Source: an uncultured Chloroflexia bacterium
Lineage (GTDB): Bacteria > Chloroflexota > Dehalococcoidia > GIF9 > UBA5629
DNA length: 64,000 nt
Reading direction: 5' to 3'
Assembly: GCA_963775935.1 (NCBI GenBank)
Contig: CAVZKR010000002.1
Span: 16,929-80,928, forward strand
Shown here: in pieces, positions 39,795 through 49,339 of the stretch
How positions within the stretch are numbered: position 1 is the stretch's first letter
Layout: each line of letters begins with the position of its first letter
The notes under the pieces: model-generated
Database searches by the model: none
Seen by the model: the letters and a program-made list of their open reading frames with translations, nothing else
What the model was told of the DNA's origin: nothing
Made by a program: the position numbers and the translations under genes

Positions 39795-41618
39795 TCAATT
39801 TTGTGTATTACCTATTTCTGTGAGTAAAGAGTGCTCCCTAGTCAGTGATTGCTTTGCCCTGAGATTTATTGTCGCCTCATAATCAATTTCTAGAGTACTA
39901 GGATCCAGAATAACTTTATAGATATCCAACGCTGCCTTTATCGAGACTAGCTCATTCTTTACGTCTTTTCTTACAGCTTCGGGGTCTCGTTCTTCTGGAA
40001 AACCTACACCCGCACCACCACCACATTTGCTAACAATAACATCTCCTGCCTTTAGTTTTTGGATACTACGGGGGTTCTTGATCTCATTCTGCCTAGTCCC
40101 CCTCCGTATGTAACTTCTATTTAAGGGAGTTGGGTAACCGCCCTGTTGACCTTTGCCCTGAATACGCCATCCACTACAGGTGCCACTAATAGCAACACAG
40201 TCTGCTCCCTCATTTATTCCTTCCCACCATATTCCAGGTGCGCCACGCCATTTTCCTGGTCCAGCTGAATCAGTTGTAAACTCATACTTTATTACACGCC
40301 AGGGAAATCTCACCATTTCTTCCTCTGCATCGGTCTTGCTGACAACTCCCAATGTTGACATCTCGCAACAACACTGATATCCATCGTATCCATATACTGC
40401 TCCAGCGCCACCATAATGACTAAAAGAGACATATACATATAACTTATTAGATCTTCTATCTATTCCAACTCTCTGGCCTGGGCACGGTGGTCTGGCATAG
40501 GATGCAATAGCACGCTGTGGCAAGGCTAGCGATAATACTGATAAGACACTTTCAACGACTAATGCACCCGTTACTCCAGGTGTGGCTGCTGTTAAAGCTC
40601 CAGGTTTAGCATTTGTGATGGTACCCTTTTTTGCTACTATGTGAAAAGGTCTCAAGCTTCCTTCATTATGATAGGCGCTGAGTTCGGTGCCGAGGAATAG
40701 GAAAACCGTGCACAACGTGACGCTTAAGGTAACAGGGTAAACAGCATTAATGTTGCTCTCAACCTGTTCAACACTATCAGAGAAGTCAAAAGTAGCTTCG
40801 CCATCCTTAATAGTAAGCTTACATTTGACCGTTACAGGTACGCTTAACTCTTTGCCATTCTTATCTGTATGTTCGGTCTGTGCTTCTGCATAATATGTAC
40901 CTTCTGGCCATTTGATCACCTCGGCTCGCACTGCCTTTTCTGTTCGGTTCATCATTTCTTCTATGCTGGCAAATACTGTCTCCTTGCCATACTTTTCCAA
41001 CAATTCTATCATCCTTCGTTCCGCCACTGCAGTACTGCCCATGAGAGACTGTATCTCCCGCTGCATCATGTCAGGCAAACGATTGTTACACAAAATCAAG
41101 TCAAGGAGGTCTTCCCTCATTTGCCCCCTTTCTACTAATTTTATGGGTGGGATATTAAGACCCTCCGCAATAGAATCGTTGGCAAGGAACTGAGTACCAG
41201 CCTGAGCCCCTCCATTGTCGGGGACGTGGGTACCCATGCAGCTGAAGAAAACTAGCTCATCCTGATAGAATATCGGCCGTATAAAGACCCAATCTGGTAG
41301 ATGAACTGCACCAGCTAAGAAGGGGTGATTAGTCAAGAAAACGTCTCCAGGGTAAATTTGCTCGCCAAATTTTTTCAACACTGCTTTTATGGGAAAGGTA
41401 CTTGATATCAGCCGACACGGGAAACCCTCAGGAATAGCGATAACTCTAGATTTGGCATCCCATATTCCATAAGCGAGGTCATGAAGAGAGGTTGTCAAAA
41501 CATTGGTTGCTGTCCGTTCCATGGTCTCACGCATCTCCCGACAGACTCTTTGCAAGTAATGCCAGATGGTAGCAACAGTAATGGGGTCTATATGTATTTG
41601 TCTATTTACCGGAGGCAT
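39795..41618 (-). CDS. Hydantoinase B / oxoprolinase family protein (HyuB paralogue, no adjacent hyuA)
   Basis: About 85-90% identical to the HyuB copies at 53793..55544 and 59378..60664. The start is placed at MPPVNRQIHIDPITVATIW (41618), preceded by an AAGGAG ribosome-binding site. Confidence 0.8.
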   Translation of the reverse strand: MPPVNRQIHIDPITVATIWHYLQRVCREMRETMERTATNVLTTSLHDLAYGIWDAKSRVIAIPEGFPCRLISSTFPIKAVLKKFGEQIYPGDVFLTNHPFLAGAVHLPDWVFIRPIFYQDELVFFSCMGTHVPDNGGAQAGTQFLANDSIAEGLNIPPIKLVERGQMREDLLDLILCNNRLPDMMQREIQSLMGSTAVAERRMIELLEKYGKETVFASIEEMMNRTEKAVRAEVIKWPEGTYYAEAQTEHTDKNGKELSVPVTVKCKLTIKDGEATFDFSDSVEQVESNINAVYPVTLSVTLCTVFLFLGTELSAYHNEGSLRPFHIVAKKGTITNAKPGALTAATPGVTGALVVESVLSVLSLALPQRAIASYARPPCPGQRVGIDRRSNKLYVYVSFSHYGGAGAVYGYDGYQCCCEMSTLGVVSKTDAEEEMVRFPWRVIKYEFTTDSAGPGKWRGAPGIWWEGINEGADCVAISGTCSGWRIQGKGQQGGYPTPLNRSYIRRGTRQNEIKNPRSIQKLKAGDVIVSKCGGGAGVGFPEERDPEAVRKDVKNELVSIKAALDIYKVILDPSTLEIDYEATINLRAKQSLTREHSLLTEIGNTQN

Positions 41619-41920
41619 TTCCCGCGACTCCTTTAAATTTGACGCCACCTTGCACTTACTCATATACAGTCTTAAAATGCTAACACTTTATTGTGCGGTT
41701 AACTTTGCCAAAGTATCAGATCCTACAGCTTCATTGGGGTCAAGACATTTATAGAACCCTATATCATGTTTATAAACAAAGCATAGCATTTTCTTTGAAC
41801 CTTTCATAGGGTAGCTACCGACACAATGGTCCTTGACAAAATTTTAGTAATATGCGAGCATTGGCTAAGAATAATGTTAGCAACTAAACAAGTTGAATAA
41901 TTATAAGGGGAGGTGCTCTC

Positions 41921-43261
41921 GTGAAGAAAACACAAGTTGCTGGTTTCATTCTGTTCCTCTCGCTCGTAGTCATCTTGGCCGGATTCAGTAATGTCTCGTG
42001 TGCGGCTCCGCCCGCGCCTACACTGAAGCCCATCAAAATTGGCTGGGTTGATTCGCTTACTGGCATGTATTCAACAATAGGAATACCTGCAAAAAAGGGA
42101 GTGGATGCCTACGTCACCTGGCTTAATAAGCAGGGGGGGATAGAAAGACATCCTATAGAGTTAACCACCTACGATAATGAGAGTGATGCCAATAAATCAA
42201 TTCTAGCCCTTAAGAAGGCTGTTGAAGCTGATTCAGTCCATGTGGTAGTAGGTTGTAGTTCCACCGCAATTTCTATGGCAATGGCCCCGGCAGTCGGCGG
42301 AAGCAAAGTTCCTTTCCTCTCAACAACCGGCACGGAATCTTTTGAATTAGCCAATAGAAAAGTTGGTGGAGATCAGCATAAATGGAATTTCAGGCCACAT
42401 GCTGGTAACAGTATCGAAAAAACTTTGAACATAGCCGATTATATGAAAAAGAAGAACATGAATAAGATTGCCTTTTTTACACCAGAGACCAGTTTCGGTA
42501 AATCAAACCGCGATGCTGCACTGGTCGGGTTTCCCAAATGTGGTATCGAAGTTGTTCTTTCGGATACCTATCCTGGAGACGCTACCACATTCGGACCCTT
42601 AATATCGAAGTTGAAGGAAACACCTCAAGTCCAGCTGGCCTGTTGTTATGGTTCGGAAATGGCCAGTGCCCTCGCTTCAGTAGCTATTAAAGAGGCGGGC
42701 TTTGGTGATAAATTACTAATATTCAACACTATTACCGGGGCAGAACAATTGAAGTTAGAGAGAGTATTGAAGGCATACGATGGTCTTCCCGGCATCGTGG
42801 CGGCCGCTGATGTATACGAGAGCATTCCGAATGCCAACATGAATAAGCCTGTTCTTATCAAACTTAACAAGATTTGGGGAGAGATCTATCCAGGTGAGAA
42901 AATAAGAGGCACATTCGATGCAATCGTAATCCAGGGTTTAATCCCTATTGAGGACACTTTCCGTAGATTACTTAAAGCCCAACCCGATATCCTGGACAAG
43001 GATGTAGGTACAATTCGCTCAGCGTTCTGCGATGAGCTTGAGAAATCGCCACTTTACTCTAATGGTACCAATGTGATTGCTCTTTCGCCACAAGACCACG
43101 ACGGTTCGGTCCTTGGTACTACTGAACTACAGGGCAAGTTTACTGGAGGTAAATGGACCTATTTAGGCGGCGATATGTGTGATCCGGTATACGTAAACTT
43201 CATTCAAGACATGGGGCCTAAAGTAGGGTGGACAGGTCCTATTACCAAATTAATGAAATAG
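41921..43261 (+). CDS. ABC transporter substrate-binding protein (LivK / branched-chain amino acid or amide family)
   Basis: 446 aa with a signal peptide and a periplasmic-binding-protein type I fold. First gene of a five-gene ABC operon. Confidence 0.8.
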   Translation: MKKTQVAGFILFLSLVVILAGFSNVSCAAPPAPTLKPIKIGWVDSLTGMYSTIGIPAKKGVDAYVTWLNKQGGIERHPIELTTYDNESDANKSILALKKAVEADSVHVVVGCSSTAISMAMAPAVGGSKVPFLSTTGTESFELANRKVGGDQHKWNFRPHAGNSIEKTLNIADYMKKKNMNKIAFFTPETSFGKSNRDAALVGFPKCGIEVVLSDTYPGDATTFGPLISKLKETPQVQLACCYGSEMASALASVAIKEAGFGDKLLIFNTITGAEQLKLERVLKAYDGLPGIVAAADVYESIPNANMNKPVLIKLNKIWGEIYPGEKIRGTFDAIVIQGLIPIEDTFRRLLKAQPDILDKDVGTIRSAFCDELEKSPLYSNGTNVIALSPQDHDGSVLGTTELQGKFTGGKWTYLGGDMCDPVYVNFIQDMGPKVGWTGPITKLMK

Positions 43262-43319
43262 CAAGATAGCTATTTTGAATTGAGTGGAGCACTGAGAACC
43301 GCTGAGTTAGCGGTTCTCA

Positions 43320-44273
43320 GTGTGGTTTACCAGGTTTTTTAACTCATCCTTTGAATTAACCACTATTTATCGTTACAGGAGTGAGAGAAGACACGCGGTG
43401 GTTGAACGTATATTAGACCCTTTGTTCTCCGGGATTACCTTAAGTTGCATTTACGCGATTATAGGCTATGGCATGATGGTCTTCTTTAGTGTAACCAAGA
43501 TACTCCAGTTTAGTGCCGGCGAGTTTGCCATGCTAGGTGGGATGATTAGTGCTATTCTCTATGCTATCGGCTTACCCCTAACTGTGTCTATAACCCTTGG
43601 TATAATTACCAGTTGCCTCATCAGCATTATTATGTGGCTGGTTTTCCTCCAAAGGCCTGTTGCGCGCCATTATACCACTGATATCCTCATTTTCCTTACG
43701 GTAGGAATTCATCTTCTTATAGTTAGTGTTGCCTTTCTTGTCTGGCAAACAGAGTTTAGGGAATTGCCTTACTTTATCGATGTTGCTCCATTCAAGCTAG
43801 GAGGAACTACTATATCTCCGCAAGCACCATGGATCTGGGGAATAGTACTGTTAATGCTAGTTGGCTTAAGTGTGCTCTTTGGCAGGACACTCTGGGGTAA
43901 AGGGCTCAGCGCATGTGCTATACAACCTGTGGCAGCGAGATTAATGGGCATTAACCCACTGACTATGGCCTTTATCTCTTTTGTCCTGGTTGCCTTACTG
44001 GCAAGTGTTGGTGGTGTGATGTTAACGCCATTAGTAATGACTCAGTATTCTGTGGGAATGGGGTTTACCGTAAAAGGATTTCTAGCGGGGGCGGCCGGTG
44101 GATTAAACAAACCTCAAGGGCCTGTCATAGGTGGCTTGATACTAGGTCTGGTAGAGTCATTTAGTGGTGCTTTTGTTTCTTCTCGCTACATGGTACCAAT
44201 CTCATTAGGCGTGCTTCTTATAATACTGCTTATTCGCCCTCAGGGCATAGTAGGAGTAAAAGAAGAAGTATGA
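43320..44273 (+). CDS. Branched-chain amino acid ABC transporter permease (LivH family)
   Basis: About 8 transmembrane helices. The conserved LivH start region …ILDPLFSGITLSCIYAIIGYGMMVFF… suggests the true start is probably near 43395-43400 (GTG) rather than 43320. Confidence 0.7.
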   Translation: MWFTRFFNSSFELTTIYRYRSERRHAVVERILDPLFSGITLSCIYAIIGYGMMVFFSVTKILQFSAGEFAMLGGMISAILYAIGLPLTVSITLGIITSCLISIIMWLVFLQRPVARHYTTDILIFLTVGIHLLIVSVAFLVWQTEFRELPYFIDVAPFKLGGTTISPQAPWIWGIVLLMLVGLSVLFGRTLWGKGLSACAIQPVAARLMGINPLTMAFISFVLVALLASVGGVMLTPLVMTQYSVGMGFTVKGFLAGAAGGLNKPQGPVIGGLILGLVESFSGAFVSSRYMVPISLGVLLIILLIRPQGIVGVKEEV

Positions 44274-45275
44274 AATGGGACGCTGTCTCAAGTTATAGAC
44301 GACAGCTCAGCTGGGGTGCAGTATGTATTCTGCTAATCGCCCTCCCCTGGATTCTGATGAATCCTTATCTCCATTGTGTCCTAGTATTTATTGGAATATA
44401 TGCCTTGATAGCAACAGGGCTTGGTCTACTGACTGGATACACAGGGCAAGTTTCCTTAGGACATAGTGCTTTTTTTGCCCTCGGGGCATATATTTCAACT
44501 CTGACTACTATACATCTGAAAATTTCACCGTGGCTGGGTTTGCTTTGTGGGGCAGTGGTTACAGGCATTGTCGCTTATTTTCTGGGCAAACCCTTTCTTC
44601 GTATCCGTGGCTTCTATCTGGCTTTGGTGACTTTGACCTTTTCTCTGCTGGTTTATCATCTTATTTCCAGAATGGATTTCATAACTGGCGGTTATGATGG
44701 CATCACGGGTATCCCAAAGTTTTCCATAGGTAGCTTTATATTAAACAAGGATTATCATTACTATTACCTGCTCCTGATATTATTAGCTGCAGCTATTATT
44801 TTCGACAATAATTTGATCAAGGTCCAAAATAGGCCGAAAAATGCGGGCTGCCGATTTGTTTACCGGGGGTAGTGAGGCAGCAGCCAAGTCACTGGGGGTA
44901 GATATAGCCAAGTTCAAGACTCAGATATTTATTATTAGTTGTGTCTATGCCGCAATTGCTGGTAGTGTATTTGCTCACTACATGGGGCATATTCATCCTG
45001 AACCATTCAGCGTTAGTTACTCGATTATGTTTCTGATAATGATTGTTCTGGGTGGCCAACGAAGTATATGGGGTGGGTTAATTGGCGCTATTTTCTATGT
45101 TGTGACAAAAGAAATACTGTATTATGTTACAAAGGGAGCTATAGGGTGGGACCTGCTGATCTACGCCTTGATATTTTTGGCGATTTTAATTTTCTTACCT
45201 TCGGGCTTAGCAGCATTTCCCTCAAGGATATCTGCCCTGTTACCCAAAATACACCACAATAAAGATACAGGCTAA
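44270..45275 (+). pseudogene. Branched-chain amino acid ABC transporter permease (LivM family), interrupted by a +1 frameshift near 44830
   Basis: ORFs 44270..44872 and 44841..45275 are the two halves of one LivM-like permease. The conserved …NLIRSKIGRKMRAADL… sequence is restored by deleting one A in atcAAgg at about 44826-44832. Confidence 0.7.
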
Positions 45276-46060
45276 TGAAAGAACAGGCTAATAACAATCT
45301 GCTACTATCACTTAAGAACGTAACCAAAAAGTTTGGTGGATTGATGGCGATTAGAGATATGACTGTGGATATCCAGAAAGGAGAGCTGGTCAGTATCATT
45401 GGCCCAAATGGTGCAGGTAAGTCAACACTGATCAATGTGATCACCGGATTTTTACCAATAACCAGAGGGGAGATTTGGTTTAAAGGGAGAAAATTAAGCG
45501 GGCTTCCTGCCTATCGTATCTGCAACTTGGGAATAGCAAGAACATTTCAGGATATGCAACTATTTAGTAATATGAATGTGATCGAGAATGTCATGGTCGG
45601 TGCTGAGAGGTGGAGTAAATCCAGTCTGCTTGAAGTCATGGCTGGATTTAGAAAAGCCAGAAGAGAGGAAAGGGATATAGCTAACAGAGCTATGGAGAAA
45701 CTGGCTCAAGTAGGCTTGGAGAGCAAAGCTTATAGCATGCTCTCAACACTCACTGCAAAGGAGCGTAAGTTTTTGTGTATAGCCCGTGCTTTAGCTACTG
45801 AACCTGTTTTTCTTTTGTTAGATGAGCCAGTAGCCGGCCTCAGCACCGAAGAGATAGATGAGGTAGCTACATTTATCGTCAACCTTCAGAAGAATGGAAT
45901 GACCATTCTCTTGGTAGAGCACAGAGTGGAAATGGTAATGAATATCAGCCGTAGGGTGGTGGTGCTTAACTTCGGTGAAATGATAGCCGATGATATACCC
46001 GCCAAGGTACAAGAGAACCAGAAAGTAATTACGGCGTACCTTGGAGAAAATTTGCTTTGA
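45275..46060 (+). CDS. ABC transporter ATP-binding protein (LivG family)
   Basis: Walker A GPNGAGKST, signature LSTLTAKERKFL…, and Walker B LLLDEP. Confidence 0.85.
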   Translation: MKEQANNNLLLSLKNVTKKFGGLMAIRDMTVDIQKGELVSIIGPNGAGKSTLINVITGFLPITRGEIWFKGRKLSGLPAYRICNLGIARTFQDMQLFSNMNVIENVMVGAERWSKSSLLEVMAGFRKARREERDIANRAMEKLAQVGLESKAYSMLSTLTAKERKFLCIARALATEPVFLLLDEPVAGLSTEEIDEVATFIVNLQKNGMTILLVEHRVEMVMNISRRVVVLNFGEMIADDIPAKVQENQKVITAYLGENLL

Positions 46061-46827
46061 GCATGAGTACTGAACGCAGAGACGAGAATATCCTCGAGCT
46101 CCATAATGTAGGAGCAAACTATGGGCCATTATCCATACTGCAAAACATGAATATGTATGTCAGAAGGGCTGAAATCGTAGTCTTGCTCGGACCCAACGGC
46201 GCCGGCAAAAGCACCTTACTGCACACTATTGTCGGCCTTTTGCCTGCGGTTGAAGGAAGTATTGTATTTGATAAGCAACCCATTAATAGCCTTGGTACTG
46301 AGAAAATCGTTCAGTTAGGCTTGACTTTAGTACCTGAGGGCAAACTGCTTTTTCCGGTGATGAACGTTTTTGATAACCTTATCCTGGCTACTTATCACAT
46401 TGCCGGGCGTGGAAAAAAGGAGGCTATAAAAAAAAGATTGGATGTGGTTTTTAATCTTTTCCCGGTTTTGAAAGAGAGAAGGAGGCAGAGAGCTGAGACA
46501 CTGTCTGGTGGTGAGCAAGAAATGGTAGCAATAGGCAGAGGCTTGATGAGTATCCCCAAGCTGCTCTTGCTCGATGAGCCGTCCCTGGGTTTGGCCCCTT
46601 TACTGGTTAGGGAACTAGTAGATACACTGGCGCGCCTGAGGCGTGAATTGGGGATAAGTATCCTTCTTGCGGAACAGAATGTGGCTGCTGCTCTCCGCAT
46701 TGCTGACCGGGGATATGTGCTGGGGCAAGGCCATGTTGTTCTGGAAGGTTCTAGCGAACAATTGCGCACTTCAGAGACAGTAAAGCAAGCGTATCTGGGG
46801 AAGAGCATCAATAGCCAATTGAAGTAG
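46057..46827 (+). CDS. ABC transporter ATP-binding protein (LivF family)
   Basis: Walker A GPNGAGKSTLL, signature LSGGEQEM, and Walker B LLLDEPSLGLAP. Confidence 0.85.
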   Translation: MSMSTERRDENILELHNVGANYGPLSILQNMNMYVRRAEIVVLLGPNGAGKSTLLHTIVGLLPAVEGSIVFDKQPINSLGTEKIVQLGLTLVPEGKLLFPVMNVFDNLILATYHIAGRGKKEAIKKRLDVVFNLFPVLKERRRQRAETLSGGEQEMVAIGRGLMSIPKLLLLDEPSLGLAPLLVRELVDTLARLRRELGISILLAEQNVAAALRIADRGYVLGQGHVVLEGSSEQLRTSETVKQAYLGKSINSQLK

Positions 46828-46938
46828 CTAATAATCTGGCTATTTCTTCTTATACATAAGATACAATTCGATAAAACAGATAATCAATATAGATGATGGA
46901 ATAGCGGGTCATTAACCCATCGTGACCAGGCTGGGATA

Positions 46939-47133
46939 TTACAGTGATACATTGATGCCCAATTCATCCATCTCAACAATTCTATCCTTTTCATTAACTA
47001 TCGGCATTTTCTCTGACAACGCAGTACTGAGTACTCCTTTTTCTTTATCGATAAGAAGCTTATAGTGCGTGTACCTTGAAATTGCGTTTGCAAGACCTTT
47101 AGACGATAAATGGCAGTGCGTATCAACTATCAA
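46939..47133 (-). pseudogene. N-terminal 64-aa remnant of an amidohydrolase (metal-dependent hydrolase, DTHCH motif)
   Basis: MIVDTHCHLSS… is the first metal-binding His motif of the amidohydrolase superfamily. The ORF ends after 64 aa and no continuation exists in any frame before the LivF stop. Confidence 0.5.
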
Positions 47134-47288
47134 AAAGATGCCTCCTTTGCTAGGTATGATAATCTACATTTTATATACCTATAGTCTTCAAAACAAGAGG
47201 ATCACGAGCTTAAATCGCTGATTAAAACACGATGCCTCTGTGTTATACTTAGCTATTTAATATTCGAAAATGAGGTATAGGTCTTAGT

Positions 47289-48542
47289 ATGTCTGAATTA
47301 GAATTACAATCGACAAGAGAAACTGATCCTAGGAGTTTTTATGGTTACATAATTGTAGCAGCTTCGTTCTTCATTATGTTGCTAGGTATGGGCTTCTATA
47401 ATAGTTTTGGGCTTTTTCTAAAGCCAATGATCGCTGAATTTGGATGGACTAGAGCAATTACCGCAGGGGCATTCTCGCTATCCTGTTTCATAAGGGGGTC
47501 AATCGGCATAGTAATGGGTCGTGTTAATGACAAGCTTGGCCCTAGGACAGTCTTGTCAATCTGTGGGCTTCTCTTATTACTTGGTTATCTACTAATGTAC
47601 TTGGTTGATAACATATATCAGTTCTACTATACCTACGTACTATTAATCGGTATTGGTGTTGGTTGTATATACGTACCGCTTTTATCAACAGTAGCAAGAT
47701 GGTTTATGAAAAACCGTAGTACCATAACTGGCATTGTCACTTCTGGTTTAAGTCTAGGCACACTAGTTTGCCCGCTATTAGTTGCACAAATGATAATTTC
47801 TTATGGTTGGCGAATGTCCTACCTAATTATTGGTTTATCTTCCTTTTTCATAATAGCCATAGCTGCTCAATTTTTGAGGCGCGAGCCAAAGCAAATAGGC
47901 CAAATTCCATACGGGGCTAACATATACGAGCAAAGCTTATTATCTCGACAAAATGATGGTCTTCAGCTCAGCGATGCTGTGAGAACCATTCAATTCTGGA
48001 TACTGGCGGGAATTTTATTCTGTACGGGATTCTGCAGAATAGCCGTATCCGTCCATATTGTGCCGTATATGACAGACTTAGGTTTTTCAACAGCTGACGC
48101 AGCTAAAATTCTTGGTATAATCGGCGGTACCAATATTTTAGGCAATATTGTCGGCGGAAGCGCTTACGATAGGATTGGAGGTAAGAAGACTTATATCGTA
48201 AGCTTCGTAATAATATCAGCGACCTTATTTTGGCTGGTTAAGTCCACAGATATATGGATGTTTTATTTATTTGCAGTAACATTTGGTTTGGGACTTGGAG
48301 TCACCGCACCATTACCATCACCTATCATAGCCGAATTGTTTGGACTGAAATCACACGGGATGGTTTTTGGATCGACTAATTTTGTCTATGCAGTCGGTGC
48401 TGCTATTGGACCATTTCTTCTTGGTTATGCGTTTGATATGACCGGAAATTATCTCATCTCTTTTTTTATCTGCATCACCGTTAGTATCATTGGTCTCATA
48501 TTAGCCATAACAATTAAGCCTATTACTCGAATTAGCTCCTAG
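47289..48542 (+). CDS. MFS transporter, OFA-like family (paralogue of 8624..9883)
   Basis: 417 aa, with the same TM2 motif …NDKLGPRTV… and overall collinearity with the 8624..9883 and 10113..11354 transporters. Confidence 0.8.
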   Translation: MSELELQSTRETDPRSFYGYIIVAASFFIMLLGMGFYNSFGLFLKPMIAEFGWTRAITAGAFSLSCFIRGSIGIVMGRVNDKLGPRTVLSICGLLLLLGYLLMYLVDNIYQFYYTYVLLIGIGVGCIYVPLLSTVARWFMKNRSTITGIVTSGLSLGTLVCPLLVAQMIISYGWRMSYLIIGLSSFFIIAIAAQFLRREPKQIGQIPYGANIYEQSLLSRQNDGLQLSDAVRTIQFWILAGILFCTGFCRIAVSVHIVPYMTDLGFSTADAAKILGIIGGTNILGNIVGGSAYDRIGGKKTYIVSFVIISATLFWLVKSTDIWMFYLFAVTFGLGLGVTAPLPSPIIAELFGLKSHGMVFGSTNFVYAVGAAIGPFLLGYAFDMTGNYLISFFICITVSIIGLILAITIKPITRISS

Positions 48543-48782
48543 AATGTTCAGTACGTCTCAATTACAGGAAATGTTTTCACAATTAGTCATTATATTTCCT
48601 ATACTTTCACGCACGCACAACTTTTTCTGATCAATTATCTTTTCTATGTGATATGATAAAAACTGTAAAAACCGTAACTTCACTGTAATATCATTGTGAT
48701 TATCTTGTAGCTTTTAATTTTAACGAGGTAGGCACACTAATTTATTGTTTTGTGCTTAATCTGAATGCAGCTTTAAGACAGC

Positions 48783-48880
48783 CTGCCTTTTTGGCAGGAG
48801 GAACATTTTTCCTAGTTTCGGATTCATTTCCCAGTTAATACCCGAAGCTGAACGTTAACTAGGCAGGAGGACTCAAAAAG
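48783..48880 (-). repeat. Third, partial copy of the tRNA-like element's 5' extension (no tRNA-like part), ending in a hairpin CCTGCC-AAAAA-GGCAGG
   Basis: The minus strand reads CCTCCTGCCTAGTTAACGTTCAGCTTCGGGTATTAACTGGGAAATGAATCCGAAACTAGGAAAAAT…, close to the 5' extension of element A (CCTCCTGCCTAGTTATCAATCAGCTTCGGACTTAAACTAGGAAATGAATCTGGAACCAGGGAAAAT…). Confidence 0.4.
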
Positions 48881-48907
48881 TTTGGCTTGAACGTAGAAAA
48901 CGGATCT

Positions 48908-49045
48908 GGAGCGGGAGACGGGGTTCGAACCCGCGACAGCCTGCTTGGAAGGCATGCTGTCCTAAAAGGAACTGCTTAGATTCAATTTCAAATCGGAGCC
49001 GAAGCCGAGCACTTTCCTAGGCAGTGGGTCACTTTCAGCTCATAT
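48908..49045 (-). ncRNA. tRNA-Gly(UCC)-like partial element B (diverged 5' extension plus a near-identical tRNA-like 3' half and CCA)
   Basis: …CATGC-CTTCCAA-GCAGG-CTGTC-GCGGG-TTCGAAC-CCCGT-CTCCCGC-T-CCA. The 50-nt tRNA-like part is almost identical to element A. The 5' extension is homologous but diverged, with shared blocks CTGCCTAG, GCTTCGG and GAATCT. It has the same ~28-nt trailer. Confidence 0.5.
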
Positions 49046-49339
49046 TTATATATATTTTCGCGCAATTCCTTAAAAATTACAAGAAATATAACTATAATAA
49101 TCTTAGTAAATTTAAATAACATGACGTGGTTTCAAAATGCACAAAAGGATCCTATTGAACAATGCAGGCTTTTGCTACCTCAAGAACATGATTCCAAGGT
49201 AGACGCTTTTCTCAATCCAGTAAACCCCGTCGCTGTACTTAACAGTCTCCTTAATGCGAAGCAATGTCCACAATTATTCCTGTAATTTCCCTGTAGGATA
49301 TATAAAAACAACCTGAGGCTTGCTTTCAATGCATCATCA

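Noticed and set aside
48781-48801. Hairpin GCCTGCC-TTTTT-GGCAGG considered as a terminator for the MFS gene at 47289..48542.
   Set aside because: It is 240 nt downstream of the stop, with no U-tract after the stem on either strand. It is more likely part of the repeated tRNA-like element's extension, which contains CCTCCTGCC / GGCAGGAGG motifs.
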